The notes beneath the pieces are model-generated. The model had not been told where the DNA came from, did not search any database, and saw nothing but the letters and a program-made list of their open reading frames with translations. Source: Dendrobates tinctorius (taxonomy: Eukaryota). From it: a DNA stretch of 64,000 nt. This document shows, piece by piece, positions 60,001-64,000 of the stretch. Within the stretch, counting starts at the first letter, position 1. The number at the start of each line of letters is the position of its first letter. The stretch lies in assembly GCF_039654945.1 (NCBI RefSeq), contig NW_027361775.1:11966001-12030000 (forward strand). The letters run 5' to 3'. Made by a program: the position numbers and the translations under genes.

Positions 60001-60458
60001 TTATCTTGGACTGGGGAATTCTGGATTTGACTGGATAACCCAGGGATGGTATGTGAAAAGCGCTCCATAGAGTAATCTGAAGTGTGGGCTGTCACATCCT
60101 TAACTTTTGGTGGGGGTGAAGAACACAAGGAAAGGTGTTTTTCCTGACCAGAACCCTGCACTGACGACTCCGTGCTTGCAGGTTTTGAACGTTCATAAGA
60201 GGAGGCAATAGAGCTGGTGGCTGTTTCAGCAATGTACACTAAAATCTGTTCCTGATGCTCCGGCTTTAAAAGCGGTTTTCCTACTCCAAGAAAAGGCAAC
60301 CTTACAGGCCTTCTTGGGCCAGATGATGACGCAGTCTCAACACCTCCTGCCTTAGTTGCTGTTGTGCTTTTGCCAGAACCAGCCAAATCACCACCACCAT
60401 CAGTACCAGCTGCGCCCCCCTGCCCACGTCCGCGGACTCTTCCACCATACTTCCTCAT
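57060..60458 (-). pseudogene. hAT transposase (zf-BED, DDE, dimerization domain) pseudogene
   Basis: VTCKKC..MLRHLINMH BED finger, HLTTDAWTS, VVSDNGSN, PCLAH, TRWNST, WPELAQYA..SERVFS. Frameshifts include a 26-bp tandem duplication at 57247-57298. Confidence 0.95.
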
Positions 60459-60774
60459 GTTTGGGAAAATGTACCAAAAATAACAGCAGAGAGATGGTAC
60501 TGTATGAGGAGTGTCCAGCTGTGAAAGGTGTATTAAAAAAATTAAATCTACATATATATTTTGTTAGTCACAGACGCTCTCACAGTATGTATTGGACCGT
60601 AATCCAACAAGCAGATATACGGAACTGTATCAGAAGTGTACAGCTGTATACGTTTTTTGTGTAACTAACAATCTCCGCTTATGTATTTACGGAGTGTCAC
60701 ACACACACGCTGACTCTGTATAGATGTGACTGTAGTGCGAACGACAGATATGCAATACTGATTGAGAATCGGAC

Positions 60775-61535
60775 AGCTCTATACGGTGTCTGTATGGAAA
60801 ATTGTCAATCTCCATCTATTTGTATAGGGACTGACACACGCTGTTTCTGTCTAGTTTTGACCGTAATCAAACAGCAGATATACGAAACTGTTTGAAAAGC
60901 GGACAGCACTCACTCTAAGGTGTAGGTCTGGAAAAACGGAAAAACTCCTAGGCTTTTTTTTTCCAGAGTCACACACAGATAGCTTCTGTTTGTCCGTGAT
61001 ACTAGGCGGTACACGGTAGTGTGTGAGGAGCGTACACCGCTATACGGTGTCTGTATGGAAAATTGTCAATCTCCTTCTATTTGTATAGGGACTGACACAC
61101 GCTATCTCTGTCTAGTTTTGACCATAGTCAAACAGCAGATATACGAAACTGTTTGAAAAGCAGACAGCACTCAAAGGTGAAGGTCTGGAAAAATGGAAAA
61201 AAACCTCAGCTTTTTCTTCCAGAGTCACACCCAGATAGCTTCTTTTTGTCCGTGATACCAGCCGGTACACGGTAGTGTGTGAGAAGCGTACACCGCTATA
61301 TGGTGTCTGTATGAAAAATTGTCAATCTCCGTCTATTTGTATAGGGACTGACACACGCTGTCTCTGTCTAGTTTTGACCATAGTCAAACAGCAGATATAC
61401 GAAACTGTTTGAAAAGCGGACAGCACTCTAAGGTGTATGTCTGGAAAAATGGAAAACTCCTTGGCTTTTTCTTCCAGAGTCAAACCCAGATAGCTTCTAT
61501 TTGTCTGTGATACCAGCCGGTACACGGTAGTGTGT
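60775..61535 (+). repeat. About 260-bp tandem repeat x3 in the hAT 5' region
   Basis: ATACGGTGTCTGTATGGAAAATTGTCAATCTCC recurs at about 60781, 61042 and 61298. Confidence 0.92.
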
Positions 61536-61753
61536 GGTAGCCTTAAAAGGCAGCCTAATCACCACCAGCGCTGCTGCACACAACAAAAATCCTCCCCTTT
61601 CACTGCACACTAACTGTACAGTGAAAAGCGCTATCAGCAGAAGCAGTTTTTTTTCTTCTTCCCTGCCTAACGCTCTCCCTGTTCAGAATCAGCAGCAGTA
61701 CCTCTCCCTATTCTAAGATCGGCAGAAGTAAGATAGCGGTCGGCGGCCACAGC

Positions 61754-61795
61754 CTTTTATACCCACTGTGACACAACACAAAGCCAGCCAATCAC
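61754..61795 (-). promoter_or_regulatory. Candidate transposase promoter (CCAAT plus TATA)
   Basis: Minus strand GATTGG followed about 27 nt later by TATAAAAG, pointing toward the transposase. Confidence 0.45.
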
Positions 61796-62412
61796 TTCAA
61801 TGCCCTTCTCTAAGATGGTGGTGGCCGCTGTCTATATCATCGCGTTGCCCACAGTGTGCTTCCACCTCCACTGGCTGAGAAAAGGTGCTGGAAGTATTAT
61901 TTGAAATGCTACTTTGGCGCTCTGATCGGCGACCTCATGGCCGACCTCACGCTATCGTCGGGTTTCGATTGGCGAAACTCGACTTTAGCTAAAGTCTGCT
62001 GTTTTTTAATTTGACCGACCCGTTTTGCTCAACTCTAATTAATATATAGTAGTAGAGGGAATTGTGGTGGCTCATATTCATCCTCAATTGGACTTCATTG
62101 GCTTGCATTGCCTAAGGTAATAGATCAATTTTGTAATAAATTAGTAGTAATTTCTGAAACATGTAGACATTTTGGTCACCAGGACAATTTTTAATTTTAT
62201 GTATAATATGTTTTAGTGTTTAAATACAAAACAAAAAAACATAAAAAGCATAAAGGAAAATCAGTTTGTTCGTGATTAAAAAAAAATCACTGATATCTGA
62301 ATGAGAACATAAGAATATGGCAGGCTCCTAACTGAGAATCCCCCTGTATGATATGCTTGTCTAGTAGCCAAATGGCATTATAATGTTTCTCAATGACTCT
62401 CAAAATACTATA

Positions 62413-64000
62413 CAGTAGGTGAACTAAGTATTGAACAGGTCACCAATTTTTACATGTAAATATATTTCTAAAGGTGTTATTGCCTTGAAATTTTCTCCAT
62501 ATGTCGGTAAAAACCCATCCAATCCACGCAGGAAAAGAAATCAAACCATAGATGTCCATAAATTACATTATTATGAGTAATAATGAAAAATGATACATGG
62601 AAAATGTATTTAATACACTTACTGACATTTATTTAATGCATTATACACAAACATTTATTGGTGATCATAGCTTACAAATCCTTCATGTATAGTGAAACAA
62701 GTCACATGCACTGCTCAGGTGTAATTTTGGCCCATTGTTCCACACAAACACTTTTTAAATTCTGAAGGTTCAGGTCAGGTGATTGGCTGGGCCATTCTAG
62801 CAGCTTTATTTTCTTTCTCTGAAACCAATTGAGAGTTTCCTTTGCTGTGTGTTTAGAACCATTGTCTTTCTGAAAAATCTACCCTCTTTCCATCTTCATC
62901 ATCCTGCTAGGTGGCAGCAGGTTTTTATCAAGAATGTCTTCTTACATTTGTTCATTCTTCCTTCCTTCAATTATATGAAGTTTGTCAGCACTGCATGCTG
63001 AAAAATATCCCCACACTATGATGTTCACACCTCCAAACTTCACTGTTGGTATGATGTTTTAGGGGGTGATTTTCACTGGTGTGTCAGGTGTGACAGACAG
63101 TCATACTGGATTGGGCTATAGAAGGTCATTATGTCTAGCTCTACAAGCACCTGTTTGATTTTTGCCCCTTTATTATGGACTGATATCCTTATCCCTAAGG
63201 ATCCAGCAGTCACCTCCACCTTCTGCTGCTAATTAACAGACCTTTGGGTAAGGTTTAAATACATTCAGCTTCTGCAGTAGGGTGTGGGTGTTAGCTCAAT
63301 TTCCCTATGTCTAGTTGGAAATACTAGCAGTTGGCTAGCGTCTCCTTGGAGTACTCTTGGAGGATTGCTGGCATGATATCTCGGTGGTCTTCTCAAGCTA
63401 AGTGTATCACTTCATTTGTTCACTCTCTCTCTCTTTAGTTGTTGTATGGGCTGACTAGTGCCAACCCTGTCCCGCTCCTAGTGAGGGCTTATCACTAGGG
63501 TCAGGCAGGGATTAGGTTCCTGCTCGGTGATAGGTGCAGAATCTATTTAGGGATGTTTAGGGCAGGCAGGGTATTGTTAAATCTGTCTAGGGGTCTCAAC
63601 TCTCCCTTCCCTAGTGTTTGGGCTTGCCCTCCCTCTCCCCGTTGTTGTGTTGCTGTGCACCTTGCTTCTACCTCACCCAGCTTGACAATGATATGCTGTG
63701 CCTTTTAGCCTACAAACATGGTGTGTATTATGGCATCTAAAGTGTTCAATTTGGTCCCACCGGAACAGACTGTATTCTCCCAGAATTTCATAAGCTTGTA
63801 GAAATGTTGATCAGCAAACTTTAAATGCACATGAACATGCTTTTTGGTCAGCAATGAAGTCTTGCTTGGTGACAGTGCATAGAGGCAATGGAGGCTTAGT
63901 GTATTGCTTTCAGTTTTCTTCAAATCAAATCTACGTGCTGATTCCATGTCTTCCTGTAGGTCTCCTTGGCTCTTGGACAACTCTTAATATTTCTTTTCAC
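62413..64000 (-). mobile_element. Decayed Tc1 transposon running off the window end
   Basis: TA-CAGTAGGTGAACTAAGTATTGAACA terminus; minus-strand [29 protein letters not shown] and FWENTV remnants. Confidence 0.85.
63071..63687. mobile_element. Solo LTR (Gypsy-like, 617 bp) inserted in Tc1
   Basis: T(T)TCAC...TTGACA ends and 5-bp TSD GTGAT/ATGAT; the Tc1 sequence resumes on both sides. Confidence 0.75.

Larger units (their letters stand above)
54106..62037 (-). mobile_element. Large hAT DNA transposon (7.9 kb), defective
   Basis: TIRs TAGAGGTGAGCGA...TTGCTCAACTCTA, sub-terminal CCGA/TCGG-rich motifs and a BED-finger hAT transposase; the 8-bp flanks do not match. Confidence 0.9.

Overview
Vertebrate genomic DNA, most likely an anuran amphibian judging by the repeat families present (inference). 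I could not identify any host protein-coding exon, so the window looks intergenic or deep-intronic. It is largely a nested pile of transposable elements. (1) A 14.3-kb minus-strand class I (gamma/epsilon-like) endogenous retrovirus at 9290-23631: 4-bp TSD TCTT, LTRs about 95% identical, tRNA-Lys-like PBS, gag-TAG-pol readthrough, CX6CC env. Its Gag carries an unexpected RanBP2/NZF-type zinc finger. (2) A much younger Ty3/Gypsy chromovirus of the Tf1/sushi type at 11522-16920 (TSD GTCAG), inserted in the ERV integrase, with a visible self-priming structure and a slippery site plus pseudoknot. (3) At least six decayed Tc1/mariner elements. One contains a Penelope-like inverted-repeat insertion with hammerhead-ribozyme remnants. 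(4) A 1.8-kb near-perfect tandem duplication. (5) A near full-length L2 LINE with a decayed 2A-like peptide. (6) A 7.9-kb hAT transposon carrying a Gypsy integrase fragment and a duplicated transposase 5' end. (7) Many PIF/Harbinger, hAT and piggyBac MITEs. Apart from the Gypsy gag, every coding region is disrupted. All coordinates and difference counts were made by eye.
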